Source: Aplysia californica (taxonomy: Eukaryota). From it: a DNA stretch of 64,000 bases. The notes under the pieces were generated by a model, which was not told the origin of the DNA, searched no databases, and saw only the letters and a program-made list of their open reading frames with translations. The position numbers and the translations under genes are program-made. The DNA is taken from contig NW_004797297.1 in assembly GCF_000002075.1 (NCBI RefSeq), forward strand, positions 1,661,323-1,725,322. The letters run 5' to 3'. Every line of letters begins with the position of its first letter. Positions within the stretch are counted from its first letter, which is position 1. Shown one piece after another: positions 14,465 through 28,143 of the stretch.

Positions 14465-17400
14465 AAGAGCACCTTGCCACCATTGATATTTTTCCCCGTC
14501 TCCAGAGGTAATGTTATTTTTCGTGAGGTTTTTTTGTTCCTTTCCAACTGCTCACGGATTACTCAGCGGCCAGACATCCATCTCTACCTGTTGCGAAACG
14601 CCGCTCTAGAGTGAGTGTAGACGAGATTCTCTCCACTATAAAGCTGGCGTGCATGAGTAGGGGAGTAGTAAACGATGTCTCACCCTCCAGGAGCGCGCGT
14701 GTCTGAGACATCGGGGGAACCCCACAGTGTGAGCAATACGCTCGGCGTTTCTGGAATTTCGATCCGATAACGAAGCCTCTTTGAAGCAGCGCAAAGACAG
14801 GCAATAACTTTAACAACATGAGCAAAAGAAGCCGGACTCGCCACGAGATTCCACATGTTTGTTCCTGAAAACTTTGAGACAGAAAGGAAAGGGCAGTGCA
14901 ATAAGAGTTAAAGGTTTATTGACGCTATACAAGAGTACGTATGGTGTCGAAGTTCATGTCAGAACAGTAAACATGCCATGAAGGTATTTACAAGTATGTG
15001 AACAACAACCAATACACGCTGCAAAATCGCACACAATACACTTACCAAAAAGAAAATTGAGAAAGGACCTTGCTGCCAGATAATTCATCTGACACAACAC
15101 ATGGCGTTCGTCCCCCCCCCCCCCCCCCCTTTCCTCAAAATACAGTAATAGCATACTGCAAAGCTAATGTAACCAAGTAAGCAAACAGCAACAAATGAGC
15201 CTGCTCTAGTGACCACCTGTCCAAGACGATCACCTGCACAAAAACCTACTTCCCACTTCAACACCACCATCCCTTGTATTAATTGTTATTAATACAAAGA
15301 TGAGGCAACTATTCGGATGGTGTTGTCTTGGTAGAGCATGCATGACGCGCGACTCAAAAGTCATGTTTTAAATCATATTGTTCTGATCATGTTGTTACAA
15401 AATGTAACATGAAAGTGTCATGTCATGTCTTGGTTTTGCATGAGCCTACGCCCTGCCCTGTCATTTTAAGAGAGGAGCACTGAACCCAGTGTTGTTCACC
15501 ATCAAAACTTACACGGTTCCGCCAGAGCCGATCAGTGCTTTTGGTCTGCGCTATAATGGGATGATGACAAGTTTGTGTTGTCCACAGTATAAGATGAGCT
15601 GTTTTCTTAGCCAGAACATACCAACCAAGATGCCACCTGGAGGTGACCCAAAAGGCTGGCAGTGCTCGTACCCCCCCTCCCCCTCCCCAAAAACCCTCCA
15701 ACGTTCTCGTCCCCGACTTTGTAGAGCCCCGTGCCATGTCTGCCTAACCAATACACACCACCGATCGCACCACGTAAGGGAGCATGCAACAATCTGTTCT
15801 TAAAGTGGTAGTAGAAGAAGTAGACTCACTGCCAGTCAAATGAAAACTATCTGACAAATTCACGTTGATCTTTTAGCGAAGTTGCTGGACCTTGCTGCAG
15901 TACCGTTCTAAGATTCCGGCTTAATGAGTACATGAGATCAATCGAATTTTTGTGACTTCATCAGCTTTCATTTTCCTATTTTTTGTGTTTATAATATTAG
16001 TGACTACATCACCCATTCCCTCTCTCAAGGTAAATTCAAGCAAACAAATAAAAATCATATCGGCGTACATGTCCTGTTATAAAACTTTTGGCAGATGAGT
16101 CAGAAGGCTTAGTTGTAGTACATGAAGGGTTTCTGCCGGGCAAAAATGTTGGCCGTTCGCTACCGAGTTCCATATAAGACACATACTTAGTGGCGCGTAA
16201 CCTGTCGTCACCGGCGTGGAAGTGTCCGGGTGCAAGACACAGCGTGTTGACACGGGCACGCTGACAAAGATAACTTGCCGTCAAACCCACACACTCGGGG
16301 ACATTCGATACCTGCTCGGCCTGCTTGCAGCCAGACGAACTCGGTGAACTCATAAGTCACTGCCGTCTACACTTTGGTCCTTTTCCTCAGGAAAACATAA
16401 GGCACGAACGTGCCGGCCGGGGATTTATGAGAGCAGAGAGGAGCCTCGATCCTACCCTGCTTTGACAAATGGGACCGACTTCTACTGTCTCCGAACAACA
16501 ACCACGAGATCAAACGTAGAGCTGGCAAGTTCGCCTTCACGAGAACGATGAAAGGGTTTTGAGGGCGTGGGCAATATCTCAACAACAAAAAAGCACGCCC
16601 GAAGAAACACTACCTCTTTTCCTTGCAAGATTTTTTCAAATACCTCTTTCCTAACGTTTATTAATATCTTGGTTCTATTCAGTATAGTGTGACAAAGAGG
16701 TGGTATTCGAGCAGGAGCGTGACCGCGCCTAAGCGAGGAACGTGTTGGGTCAGCAACAGGGTTACACACACACACACACACTACTTTAGGATCAACGATC
16801 TCACCTACGTCAAGACCAATTCTGTCTTAAGCACCAGCAAAACTACGTAGGCGTCGTTATCGCAGTGTCATACCAGGTAACAACCCCCCCCCCCTTGAGG
16901 CCAAAAATATCTTCATCCGTAAACAACAAATTTCAACAACAGCAGAGGCAGTACAACCCTTGTTCAAGACAAGTTGGTCAGTATTAATACCAGCATAACA
17001 TCCCAAGGACTCAATTTCAATACCAGTTGTGATAAACGGACTACAGCTGAAACATGTACAGTAGACAAGAGCTGAAGCGACCTCTGAAAGTCTCAATGTA
17101 CAAAAACAATAACAATTTCGTAATTTAACCATACCATTATTATCAATATAAAAAATAAAACCTGCCATCTACTCTATCTGATCAAAAGCAAACTGGACAC
17201 ACAATGAAAAAGTCAGCAAAATATATCACAGGATTTGCATAAAAAACAAACAACTTAAAGACGACAAAGGTAAAGGGAAAACTAAAACAGCGATCCGAAT
17301 ACATGCACACGCGAAATAACTCCAGTGGCTCAAATCTTTGTTCGCTAAGAAAAAGATTTAAGGGGAAATCATTTAACTTAAAAACTATTACAAAGAGTCT

Positions 17401-18429
17401 TCCACATAATTGTCTCCCTTGTCAGTGGAACCAAAATTTGCTCTCACCGTCAATAGTTCTCTCCCTACCGGGTTTCATACCGGCTCGTCATAAACTGTCA
17501 TTAAACGTCAGTTTGATGAAAGAAACTTTTGAATTATTTACCATTCTGCCTAGGACATATAGTGAGACGGTGATAAACTGTCCTCTGGCTAAAACCCAAA
17601 AAAACTACGTAATTTAATATTATGCTGACATAACATTCCAAATCTAAAATCTAGTTTTCGCAGTGTTTTTAAAAACTGGACAGACGCACCTCAGGACTGG
17701 ACAAAACTCTTTAACTATCACATGCTTGAACTCAAAACAAAAGCAGACTTAGTGTAGGTGTATAAAGCACATTTGGAAATAAGATCACTATAATAAATCC
17801 CCAAAGCAGAATTGAACTGAGTACACATACAAGCCATAAATCTCAGGACATGCATAGAACAATGGTCACTTCCAAATTCCTTAAGGTTGATAATCAACAA
17901 TTGTGTACGACAGTTGTATGTTTATTCAGATCTCTGTAGGATTGACTAACAAAACAAGTAAAATTCACATTCTTATTTATAACGGCTCACTACTGTCTTC
18001 CCCAAATGAGAAAAGAAATAAGCCTGTGGACCATTAGCCATACATTCAAACAATATATATTCTGAAGACATTAAACACTTTCAAAAAAAGGTTGCAAGTT
18101 GTAGTGGCTGCAAAGTCAGCACGATAACTGCCACATTCTACCAATTTGGTGGAGAAGGACAACAAAGCCTGCCCAAATCATTCCCATTTCCAAATTAAAT
18201 TTTGTTAATTCAAATTTTAAACAGGAACGGAAACTGATCAGTCCAAATCTTACTGAACTTTTCGCAGGCTATACAGATTTGGAAAAATACACTTATTCAA
18301 TGGTAGATTAGTACAAACAGTAGAATGGCTCACCATTGAAAGTAAACAAATAAAAATTACGGTTGCCCGAAAATTTCCATCCCTGTTAAAAAAATTTTTT
18401 ATTTCAAAGCACGAAGGAAGCTGACTAAC

Positions 18430-18783
18430 CTGATGGGGTGTCCTGCGCCGCAGACTGTGAGGAAGTGGAAGCTCTGGCATGGGAAAGAAATTCTCGCTTG
18501 TCTTGCTGCCTGTACTGTCCCAACTGGGGCTCATTCCACTCGGGGCGAACCTCCTGGAGTGCTGACACTTTGTCTGCAGGCAAGCCACTTTGGTAGAACT
18601 GTCTGGTGTCTCTGGCCACCTCTTGCTGAGCCAGCTGGCCAGTGTCAGGCTGATGAGACCTGGAGGAAAAGCTTGCCTCCACCACTTGACCGTGCAGCCC
18701 CCCCTGCAGCGGTTGGGGCAGCTGGCGTGATGACTCACGACCCCCAGACCCCGGTCTAAACCGACTGCTGGACATGGCAGCAT
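18430..18783 (-). CDS. Probable coding exon of an unidentified minus-strand gene (Gln/Ser-rich, disordered N-terminus)
   Basis: GC-rich island in AT-rich DNA with acceptor ttttttgtcttcccag, donor CAG|GTTAGT, GCCATG start at 18775, open frame MSSSRFRPGSGGRESSRQLPQ...AAQDTPSG. No homology recognised. Confidence 0.55.
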
Positions 18784-21700
18784 CTGGGAAGACAAAAAAA
18801 CCCCACAAACACTGAGGAAAAGCAAACCACAAGAAAAAGACAAGGTGAGACCTCAGCAATCGGCTCAAACAAAAAATAAAAATTGTGGGAAACAGTTATG
18901 GTCAAAATTAACTGAAACTGAAACATGTCAGGAGTCACAAATCAAAATGTACCGTATTGAGGGTTTTGTTACAGAATTGTGTCATTCTTTGAGAGATAAA
19001 GTAATTTTCATAATGTCAGTGAAAGTAACGCAAACATCATGGCCTGTCTCCATGTCCAAAAATTTCTCAAATTTAGATTTCCTTGCCTCCTAAACAAAAC
19101 AAAGTACAAACAAACATTAGATGCAACCATTATGAAGACTACAGTTTAATTTAGTTTAAGACAAGATTAACAACAAAATTTTCTAAACATGTGCACAATA
19201 ATCTATTCTTTATTTTTTCCCATCTCCATCAAAATGTTTTAAAATTAGAAATGATATCACAGACTGCATAATAAGAATAGCCCCAAAAAACACCTTACAC
19301 GTATACATTTGAACTTGCTCTTACGACCATCTGTAAAGACTTGTACAAACAACCACTTCCCTTTTGACATTTTTGCGTATTTTTTTATATATCACGTCCA
19401 TGAGGACCACCTGTCTAAGATACCACTTTTCTCCTCAATAAAGTTCGGTCATCTTCTAGAAGTTCAACAGTATATTGTTATATTATTATCAAGCTTTTCT
19501 TTTCCCTTCTTAATGGGGCATTGTATTTCAATTATTCCTGGAACTCTTTTTCCTGTTCGAAGATCTGTCATAAACTCAATAGTAAACAAATCATTGGAAC
19601 TTTTCCAACCTTTTATTTGCAGAAAAAAAATGTACAAGGAAAACAGGAACTCACATAGCGCTCTACTCAAGAAACACGTTCTTCATCAGAAAGCCAGATA
19701 ATATTCCACACAGGTTTTTCATTGTTTAAATTTTCACATTAACTGACTTGATTACTGTTTCTACACCCGGTCCGCATCTTCTTTTCTTCTTGAAATCTAA
19801 CAGCTTTTTAATAAAGTACACAATCACAGAATCAAGAAAATTCAAAGTTCGTAAACAATGAAGCCAAAATCCCCCCCCNNNNNNNNNNNNNNNNNNNNNN
19901 NNNNNNNNNNNNNNNNNNNNNNNNNNNNNNNNNNNNNNNNNNNNNNNNNNNNNNNNNNNNNNNNNNNNNNNNNNNNNNNNNNNNNNNNNNNNNNNNNNNN
20001 NNNNNNNNNNNNNNNNNNNNNNNNNNNNNNNNNNNNNNNNNNNNNNNNNNNGGGGTGTTTGTCAGGGGTAATAAGGCTACAATTTGAGTGCAATATTAAA
20101 TACAAAAGCCTAGGCTAGGCTGTCTTGTCTCCTCATTGTACTTTAAAAGGAAAGGCAACTATTTAACAAGTAGCCCTGCTGTTCACCATGAGATTAAAAG
20201 CGTAAAAGGCAATAGCAAAACTGAAAGGAAGAAGACCATATTAGAGCGACCATCACACATCTGCTAATTTCCAGAATGAATTGTTCAATCTGACCAACTA
20301 AAGGAACAAGGAGAGGATGAGAAACTATGATAATGATTGTATATAAAAATACAAAGAAGATGAAAAGAGAGAAAAATAAATAAAGGTGAAAAACAATTGT
20401 AAGAGTAAAACATGAAAAAAAAATACACATTGAAAAAAAAGACACTCCATCTGTATGTCTGTTTTTATCCATCATTCAAGGCAATAATGACCAGGTCTAC
20501 TTCAGCTAACTTGGGTGCTGAAAAGGCGAGGGCAGCTTAACGGCAACACTGATGTCAGATCAATTTTAAGTATTAGTGACAGTTTTATTGCAACACAAAT
20601 TGGTCCCATGGCCTAGAATTAGAGGTGTTATGGTGTTATGGAATTATTACTACAGCGCAACATTCAAGGACAGGAAGTAAGATCGATAAATGTTGATGTG
20701 AAAGAAGAAGCACACCACACCAAAGTACCTGCCAACAACCCATTGTCAGATCAATGATAAGGCTAGGGAATAGGCATAAAACTCTTGAACAAAAGTCTGA
20801 GCAGGGAAAAAGGGTGAAATCAAAATCATCTTGGGAACTGCTTTTAAAAAAAGGGGGGGGGGGGAGGGGGGTGTCTGATTTTTTAATATGAATATATGCT
20901 GTATGTATTGCAGTGTGTCCATACACACAAAAACATCATAGATATAACAAAAATAACTCTCCACAGTACATTACATTTTTTTCTCCAGTCTTATTTCACT
21001 GTTATGTCCATAACACACAAAAATATCTACTTATTAAGTGAAAAGCTCAATTGTGTAAACTTAGCAAACAAAGTAAAGCTAGTGAATATTAGTTATGAGA
21101 CTTGATACTGATGACTGTAACTATGCCATAGACCAACCAAATTAAAAATTTTAACACTAAATCATTTATCATCAAATAAGGTCTATCAGATGAGCATACT
21201 TATCACACACTTTTAGCTATTTTTAAGTGTATACGAAAAGCTTTAAGCACAAATCTAACATTGACTTGATCTCTAAATGTTGTGCACTGTATCAAGGAAA
21301 ATTCTCACCTCGATTGTCATGTGATTCTCAGGCCAAAATCAATTTCCAAAACATTTTGGCTAATTCTTTGATTGACCTATTACCTAAACACACAAGACTC
21401 CAAAAATATCCAAAAGGGGCAAATACTTTTCGTGCGCATGTGAAGCAGAAGCGCGGACTCAATGTAATGATATATGCACCAAATGTCGGGAACGAATAAG
21501 ACTATGATAAGAGGCTTTCTTTTGGTGATAGTCATAGGGACGATTGCTCAGCTATGTGGCTTTCCAAGTGACCACCCCCTACAGTAAATTTACGGAAGAC
21601 ATCAGAAGCGGACATTCTGAGAGACTTTTCTCTTATAATTCGTTGGACAACTACGTTATAAGTTCTTCGAGCGCAGCTGATTTCTCAACTAATGTTTAAT

Positions 21701-23810
21701 CCCAGAGACCTATCTAATGTTCTATAGCATTCAAGCGCGTTGCGCATCATATGCCTCGGTCAAACCAAACATTACACGCAATCACCCAAACACCAGTCAA
21801 AAACCTTCTCTCAAAGATGCATTTCCAGTGACCTATCAAAAACATTTCAGACCCCCCCCCCCCCCCCCCCCCAACATCCTCCAGTCCTAGACCTGTGTCC
21901 GAAGAAAAAAATAGGTGGGAAACACTGTCTATCACTCTCTTTGTTCTGCGCGAGGGGCAGTCTCACCAAATATCCGGTTGTCTAGACTTGTCTTATGCAA
22001 GCTGTGCAGGTTGTAGAGAAAATTGCGTTTTGTCAAGTGTTACTTGTCCGCGTGTTTCACAGATCGAAGCGTGCGTTCAGACTTAAATTTAGAGGGAGTG
22101 ACAGAGCGTTTGTAGGTCTAAATTATACAGTAAAAAAAACACATCATATGACGAACGCTTGCCTTTGAACGGAGCCTGCTTTTGTACATGCGTTTGGGCG
22201 GAGACTAGAGGCCTACAAGTTCGCACCAGTCAGGATCGCAAGATTATGTGAACTCTTCCCCGCCCATTGCACAAGTTGTCTCTACTCTCAAATTTGCGAG
22301 ACAGACTGAATTTAATTTGTGTGGTTACAACATGATGCGTAAGGACAAAAGCGGGGGAAGAGATGGAAGGCTATAAATTTTAGACAGGTAAAGGGGAGGA
22401 GTAGCTGGATAAGGGTAGATCTTGAGACTCAAGATAGGATAATGAGTAAAAATGACAGGCCATAAGTTATATAAACTCACCAAGGGGTCACTTCAGTTCA
22501 TTTTAGAGTAAAGTGAGACCATTTTACCGGTTGTGAGCCTGAACATGGGTCACTGTGGATTCTTCCCTTGGTGCGTCGGCTAAGATCCCATTTGCTTAAG
22601 ATTCCACATTTTCCTTGCTCTCGAGCATAGGGATCTAAGGCGAAGACTACTGTATTTTCAAGACATCAGGGAGGCAGCCATTTTAATATAGCCAATGACA
22701 GTCCAAAGCTTATGTGAACCACAAACAGTGTGGTAAACCTTCAACTAAATCATTTGTCAGATCAGGTAGGCTGGTTGTCTTTATTTTTCTATGCATTCAG
22801 AGTACAGTATTGTCAACAATATCGTTGTAGACTGAACTGTGCTCCGCATTCTCTCATTTTCCCAGCCCACTTTGACAAAAGTTTGGTGACCCCTTCCCTA
22901 GACTACTGCTTGAAGAATACATCTTGGTCACTTCAAAAGAAGAGTAGAATAACTTGGCCCTGTGCAAAGCCACCTTCTAACAGAGGGAAACTGTTTTTCA
23001 AGCAAAAGAAGAAAAACGACTACCTTCAAGCTAAGACTAAGATTTTTTTAAAAACAATATGCGCATAGCCACAGGCTATTATTTTATATTTAAAGTCAAT
23101 AAGTTTATGAATAACAAATTTTTTATCTTGATATATCTAGCCTCAATTGTTGATGAAAAATATGATTAAGTTAATACAAATTGAGACAAACTGGTGTGCA
23201 AAGTATGGGTGACATAGATTCACCTGTTAAAAATATATTAATTTGAGGATAAATTGTGCCACGAATTCTTTACCACACTATAGATCTACACTCAGCTGTC
23301 CACCATCAGCACTTGTACTACATTGCTAGAACCACAGAATGTCAACCAGATCTGGACTTGGGGACTACTTACCCAGTGCGGTCCCCTCTCTTTTGTTTAC
23401 GTGACGGCCATATTGGATACTGGGGGTGGGGGGGGGAAATCGTGCAAGAGTTATTGGGACGAGGGCTTGAGATGGCCAGATTTTTTAGCATATAATATGG
23501 GTAAAAATGATTTTAAATGTGGCTGCAAACTCCTTAGTATAGATGCTACGACACTTCTAATTCCATGTAAGTAGACATCACAGAAAATGTAAGTACGCAT
23601 TTGGCAATTATTCTACAAAGTTTTTTCGCGTCTTTCGGAAATACTTATCCCGCTCCTTTCATCAGTTTTCATCAGTATTTCACTACGTTCAGTTCAAGTC
23701 TGCTCTTACCTAGAGTGTATTTCACCTGTTCTTGGATGTGAATTTCTTTTTTTTGTGATTTTTTGTGGAAACGTGTGCTGAAATAGATTATGTGATGAGC
23801 TTTTTTTTTC

Positions 23811-24719
23811 ATGGCATACAATATTTTGTACGAGAGGGCTTCAAGTGAAGAAAAGGCTTTAGAATTTCTACTAAGAAATTTGTTAGCCTGGTCCACGCCT
23901 CCAGAAAGCCCTGATGTTCAGTGTGGAAAGTTGATGACTTTAGGGAAGACAGGCAGAGGAGAAGAAAGTTGTTTTTGTTGCCCTTCACATAAAGAACGTA
24001 AGGTATTTTTGTGTACAGACACATTTTGGGAGAACAGTCAGCTGTCATACAGAAACATTGTAGAGTTGTTATTTTTCTGGAGCTTCAAAGAACCCGTAGA
24101 TCATACGACATTACTCACTGGACTTTCCGAAAAAACTGTTGTCCAGTGGTTCGCTTATTTTAGATATGTTTGTTCGAGGCGGCTAGTTGAAAACAATTAT
24201 CAGATAGGTGGTCCAGGTCATGAAGTTGAAATAGATGAAACTTTAGAAGTCAGGAGAAAATACAACAAAGGGAGGGTAGTAGAACAGAGGTGGGTTTTTG
24301 GTGGGGTGGATAGGGCAACAAACAAAGGATTTTTTAAAATTGTTCCAGACAGAACTGCTGCAACTCTTTTAAACATTATCCAGAACCGCATTGCACCCGC
24401 TAACTCTATAATCCATAGTGATGACTTTGCTGCGTACAACAATATAGTTAATATTCCAGTGAACCCCCCCATATATGCGCATCTGACCGTAATTCATGAA
24501 CAGAATTTCGTTGACCTAGTGACAGTTGCATGCACTAACCGAGTTGAGGGTTATTGGAAAAACGTAAAAATAAGATTCAAGTGCATGCAAGGAGTACACA
24601 ACTCCAGGCTTGCCTCGCACTTGGATGAGTTCATGTGGCAAGAGCTGCACGGAAAAGACCCGACAAGTGCCTTCAACAACTTTATTGACCGCTGGTCTCA
24701 GTGGCATCCTGCACCATAG
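23811..24719 (+). CDS. Merlin/IS1595-family DDE transposase, 302 aa, open frame
   Basis: IGGPGHEVEIDET, RKYNKGR, WVFGGVDR, VPDRTAATL, IHSDD..AY, HLTVIH..NFVD, TNRVEGYW, HLDEFMW motifs; D-D-E triad present. Confidence 0.9.
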   Translation: MAYNILYERASSEEKALEFLLRNLLAWSTPPESPDVQCGKLMTLGKTGRGEESCFCCPSHKERKVFLCTDTFWENSQLSYRNIVELLFFWSFKEPVDHTTLLTGLSEKTVVQWFAYFRYVCSRRLVENNYQIGGPGHEVEIDETLEVRRKYNKGRVVEQRWVFGGVDRATNKGFFKIVPDRTAATLLNIIQNRIAPANSIIHSDDFAAYNNIVNIPVNPPIYAHLTVIHEQNFVDLVTVACTNRVEGYWKNVKIRFKCMQGVHNSRLASHLDEFMWQELHGKDPTSAFNNFIDRWSQWHPAP

Positions 24720-24963
24720 TGATAAGTTGATATATATGCCATTTAAATGTTGTTTTAAATATCTAGTCTAGCCTACTAATTCTATCTAAATAGCAGCACC
24801 ACCTTTTTTTTGGTAGTTTGGGTTTTGGCTCATTTTAGACTCAGCCAAACCGCCCTCCCCAAACCAAGATCTCACATGATTCGCCAAGTCTCGTTTCAAA
24901 TCGGTAAGCTATCCAATATGGCTGCCAAGTAAACTAAAGAGACGGGACCGCACTGGGTAAGTA

Positions 24964-25748
24964 CAGTGGGTGTCGCATTCAACGAGGTTGCTGAGACCGG
25001 CTTGTTGTCCTCGTTGGATCCGACCTCTCGTTGAACGTGACAGAGGCTATCTAAAGCAAAGAAAAGAGACAATTTATTATATCACAGGATGTACCAATAC
25101 CAGTAATTAAAACAGTTGTTACCCCTGATGACGAAAATCTCAAACAGCATCAGTGTACGCATTAAAGCTGTGTTCTGACCGTCATTTCTGCATTTTTTAA
25201 AAAAAATTGTTCCTGAATACTTTTCTTGTGTAAACGCACCCTCTCACATCTAGGCTTAGATCTACATAAAGTAAAGGCGGGAGCTTGGCTTTTCCGATCA
25301 GGGGAAGAAAATAACATTGAAATAAATGAGAGTCTCAATTTGGACCTAGACCTTGAGGCTACCCATCTAGAGTTCATCCAGTTTCACACAGCCCGCATCG
25401 CGTTCCCACCCACCCCTACCGTAGGCTAACCCTCGCCCATCCTCTTTGCTTTGGGGCCCATATTAGGAGGCACACAAGATCTAGCCATACGATGTGTTAG
25501 TGTTTGGAGGAATCGATGATGGGCCTTGTGCTTCACGTGGGATGGAGGAAAAGGAGAAAAATTCTTCGCTTTTGGGGCCGGTAATAGCTTTTATATTTGG
25601 TTATCGCAACCTCATTGAAAGCGACTTCAGTCTGTTTGCAACCCCATTGGAGCCGACGTACATTTACAAAGAGATATAGAGGAAAAGATCGGGGATTGAG
25701 GATTGCCTCGTTGGAGCCGACTTCTCGTTGAATGCGACAACCACACTG
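24964..25748. mobile_element. Non-autonomous Tc1/mariner (pogo/Tigger-like) element nested in Merlin TIR
   Basis: TIRs CAGTGGGTGTCGCATTCAACGAG / CTCGTTGAATGCGACAACCACACTG, TA duplication on both sides (24962-24963, 25749-25750). Confidence 0.85.
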
Positions 25749-26599
25749 TAGTACCCTGGACTTGGTTTCATCCTCCTATGGATCTAGATCTAGATCTAAT
25801 CGCTTTATTTATCCTTGTGAGCCTTGTCGGTGATCTTGTAGTTTCATTCATTAAAGTCCACGATCCATTTGTTTACATCCAGAGAAGAAATCCAGAAGTC
25901 TTGATGACCAAATATATAGGCAACACAAAGAACAGGGATGCAACCTAACTGCAAAACTCCCTGAACCCCCCCTCCATATTTTTATTAGGTCAGGGGCTTG
26001 CCCCCTGAGACCCCCCTACTCTTCACTTTAACGAACAAAACTGCAAAATCACGAAACTACAAAATTACCGCCTTGTCTTTCTAGCAGCAGGACCTTTTCT
26101 ATCAGCCTGAAAGTGAATGGAATTCTAGATTAGATTTCTAAGTGTAACAGTAAGGCAAGGTAAGGCAATTGTTATTGAATTATTGCTAGACTAGATCTAT
26201 ACACTAGATTTTAGATCTAGATTAGATTCTAGATATCTAGAATCTAGATATCTAGGCTCTAGATTAGATCTTATGTCTTATAATGTTAGTAGAAATTACC
26301 TAGAATCTAAGACTAAGACTACTATAGAGGCTAGATCTAGAGACCTCCTAAGGACTCTTGATCAAGCGGTATTAACTTTGTAACTATTGTCACAGATTAG
26401 TAATGCATTGCCATGTCTTGTGTGGCGAGTGACCTGTTACACATATGCAGGGTGCAGCACTCCAGTCGTGCAGAACTTACCACAATGGGGGGGAAATGCA
26501 ACGGGTAAAATTGGTCTTTATGGTGGCCGGGAAGTAGTCTGCAAGTTGCGGGATAACATCTTCTCCCGGAGTGAGTGAAAGAAAGCACTGTAGTACAGA

Positions 26600-26690
26600 A
26601 ATTTCCATTGGTCGCTGTGGCTCGAGTCAACCAATCAAAACACAGTTTTCTTCATACTTTGGCTACAGATCCGGTACCAATTCTTGTTCC
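26600..26690. promoter_or_regulatory. Oppositely oriented CCAAT boxes, probable shared SSR1/divergent-gene promoter
   Basis: CCATTGGT (~26606-26613) and AACCAATCA (~26629-26637); only ~220 bp from the SSR1 ATG once the hAT insertion is removed. Confidence 0.5.
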
Positions 26691-26698
26691 GTTATTCG

Positions 26699-27294
26699 TA
26701 GAGGTGTGCGAGTCCAGCATATTAAGATTCGAGTCCACACTCGAGTATCTGCTCTGGACTCGAGTAATTACTCGAGTAATTACTCGAGTCCCACGGCTCT
26801 AAAGACTCGAGTAATTACTCGAGTAATAGTATCCCAAAAGGGAATTTTAGTGGGTTTCAAAAAAAGTTTTGTTGAATATCGGACAGAAAATAGAGTGCCT
26901 TCCTTGGAGGGAGCTTGAGTAGGCTTATGGCAATTCTAGACACATGCTGTTTATACCTTATTTATTTTATTTTATCTTAGGAAGAGGCTATTCTCACCCC
27001 AGGTGAGAATAAAAATGTGATCGACCTCTCACCCCGGGTGAGACTTGCCAGCGTTGGCTATTCTCACCCGGTGTGAAACAAAACCGGTTTTTCCTAATTT
27101 CTGAATACTTCCTATCGGGGAGGATGATTAAATAGACAAACCCCTTCTTTAAAAAAATGATATTATAACACAAAAGTAAAACTAATTTGACGGTCTACAA
27201 AGATGCTACTGCTATTTCACTTTTAGAATAGAGCCGAACTACCCTAATCGGCATTTTGTTTTGCCCAGAAATTCTCGCAATATCTAGGCTACTC

Positions 27295-27341
<47 letters not shown>

Positions 27342-28025
27342 AATGCCCGCAGATAAAATTGCATGTTTTTAACACTAGAGAACTGGAACGTTTGTTTACA
27401 CCACAGAATTCAATTTTTTAAAAGTGTAGACCTAGAATTCTGTGGTTTACACTGGGTATCACGGTAAACGCACACCGGAAGAGAATAGCCAAAAGGCTCG
27501 CTCTCTCACTCCAGGTGAGTGAGAAGCTTACAACTGTATAACAACTAAGCTAGAATAGAGGTGGTCTTTATCTTATCTTTTCTTTTCTTTAAAAAAAAAA
27601 AAAAAAATTCTCTATTACAACAGTAAGAATAAAATGTACACGGATGGTAAACCTCAGACAGTGGACTTCATAAAGAAAAGAAGTTTGATTGGTCATCGTG
27701 GGTTTTTAACAGTGGTTTCCTTTTTGCTTTTTTCTGGGGGGGGGGTTCGTTTTTTTCCTTTGAGGGAAGGGATTTTTTTGTTTTTGTTGTTTCTTTTCCT
27801 TCAGTTTAAAAAATTGCTTATTAGAATGTTTCTTTTATCTATTCTTAACTTTAAAAAAAAACAAATTTTTCTCCTTTTTTCTGTTTTTTCCCCCTACAGA
27901 CTCGAGTCTGGACTCGAGTCCAGACTCGAGTCCTTACTCGAGTAATTTACTTGTGACTCGAGTCTGGACTCGCTGCATGTATTACTCGAGTACTCGAGTC
28001 TGGACTCGTTACTCGCACACCTCTA
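26699..28025. mobile_element. Non-autonomous hAT-type element in the SSR1 promoter
   Basis: Perfect 15-bp TIR TAGAGGTGTGCGAGT, perfect 8-bp TSD GTTATTCG (26691-26698, 28026-28033), multiple subterminal ACTCGAGT palindromes at both ends. Confidence 0.92.
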
Positions 28026-28143
28026 GTTATTCGGCTTTATGCTACTTCCGCTTGCGGTTGTGATTTGTGTTTGCACCTTGATTCAACAGGCAAGCCGGTT
28101 GTTTCTATCAATAAACATCTAGAAATTTATTTCTTCGCTGAAA

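Larger units (their letters stand above)
23361..25755 (+). mobile_element. Merlin (IS1595/ISXO2-like) DNA transposon, full length, with nested insertion in right TIR
   Basis: 9-bp TSD CTGGACTTG (23352-23360, 25756-25764); GG...CC termini; ~59-bp TIR GGGACTACTTACCCAGTGCGGTCCC...CCATATTGGATA matched by 24910-24963 plus 25751-25755. Confidence 0.92.

Noticed and set aside
25124-25180. TGATGA...CTGA pair suggesting a C/D snoRNA (similar weak case at ~32378-32436)
   Set aside because: Too short, no recognisable rRNA antisense element; the first lies inside a MITE.
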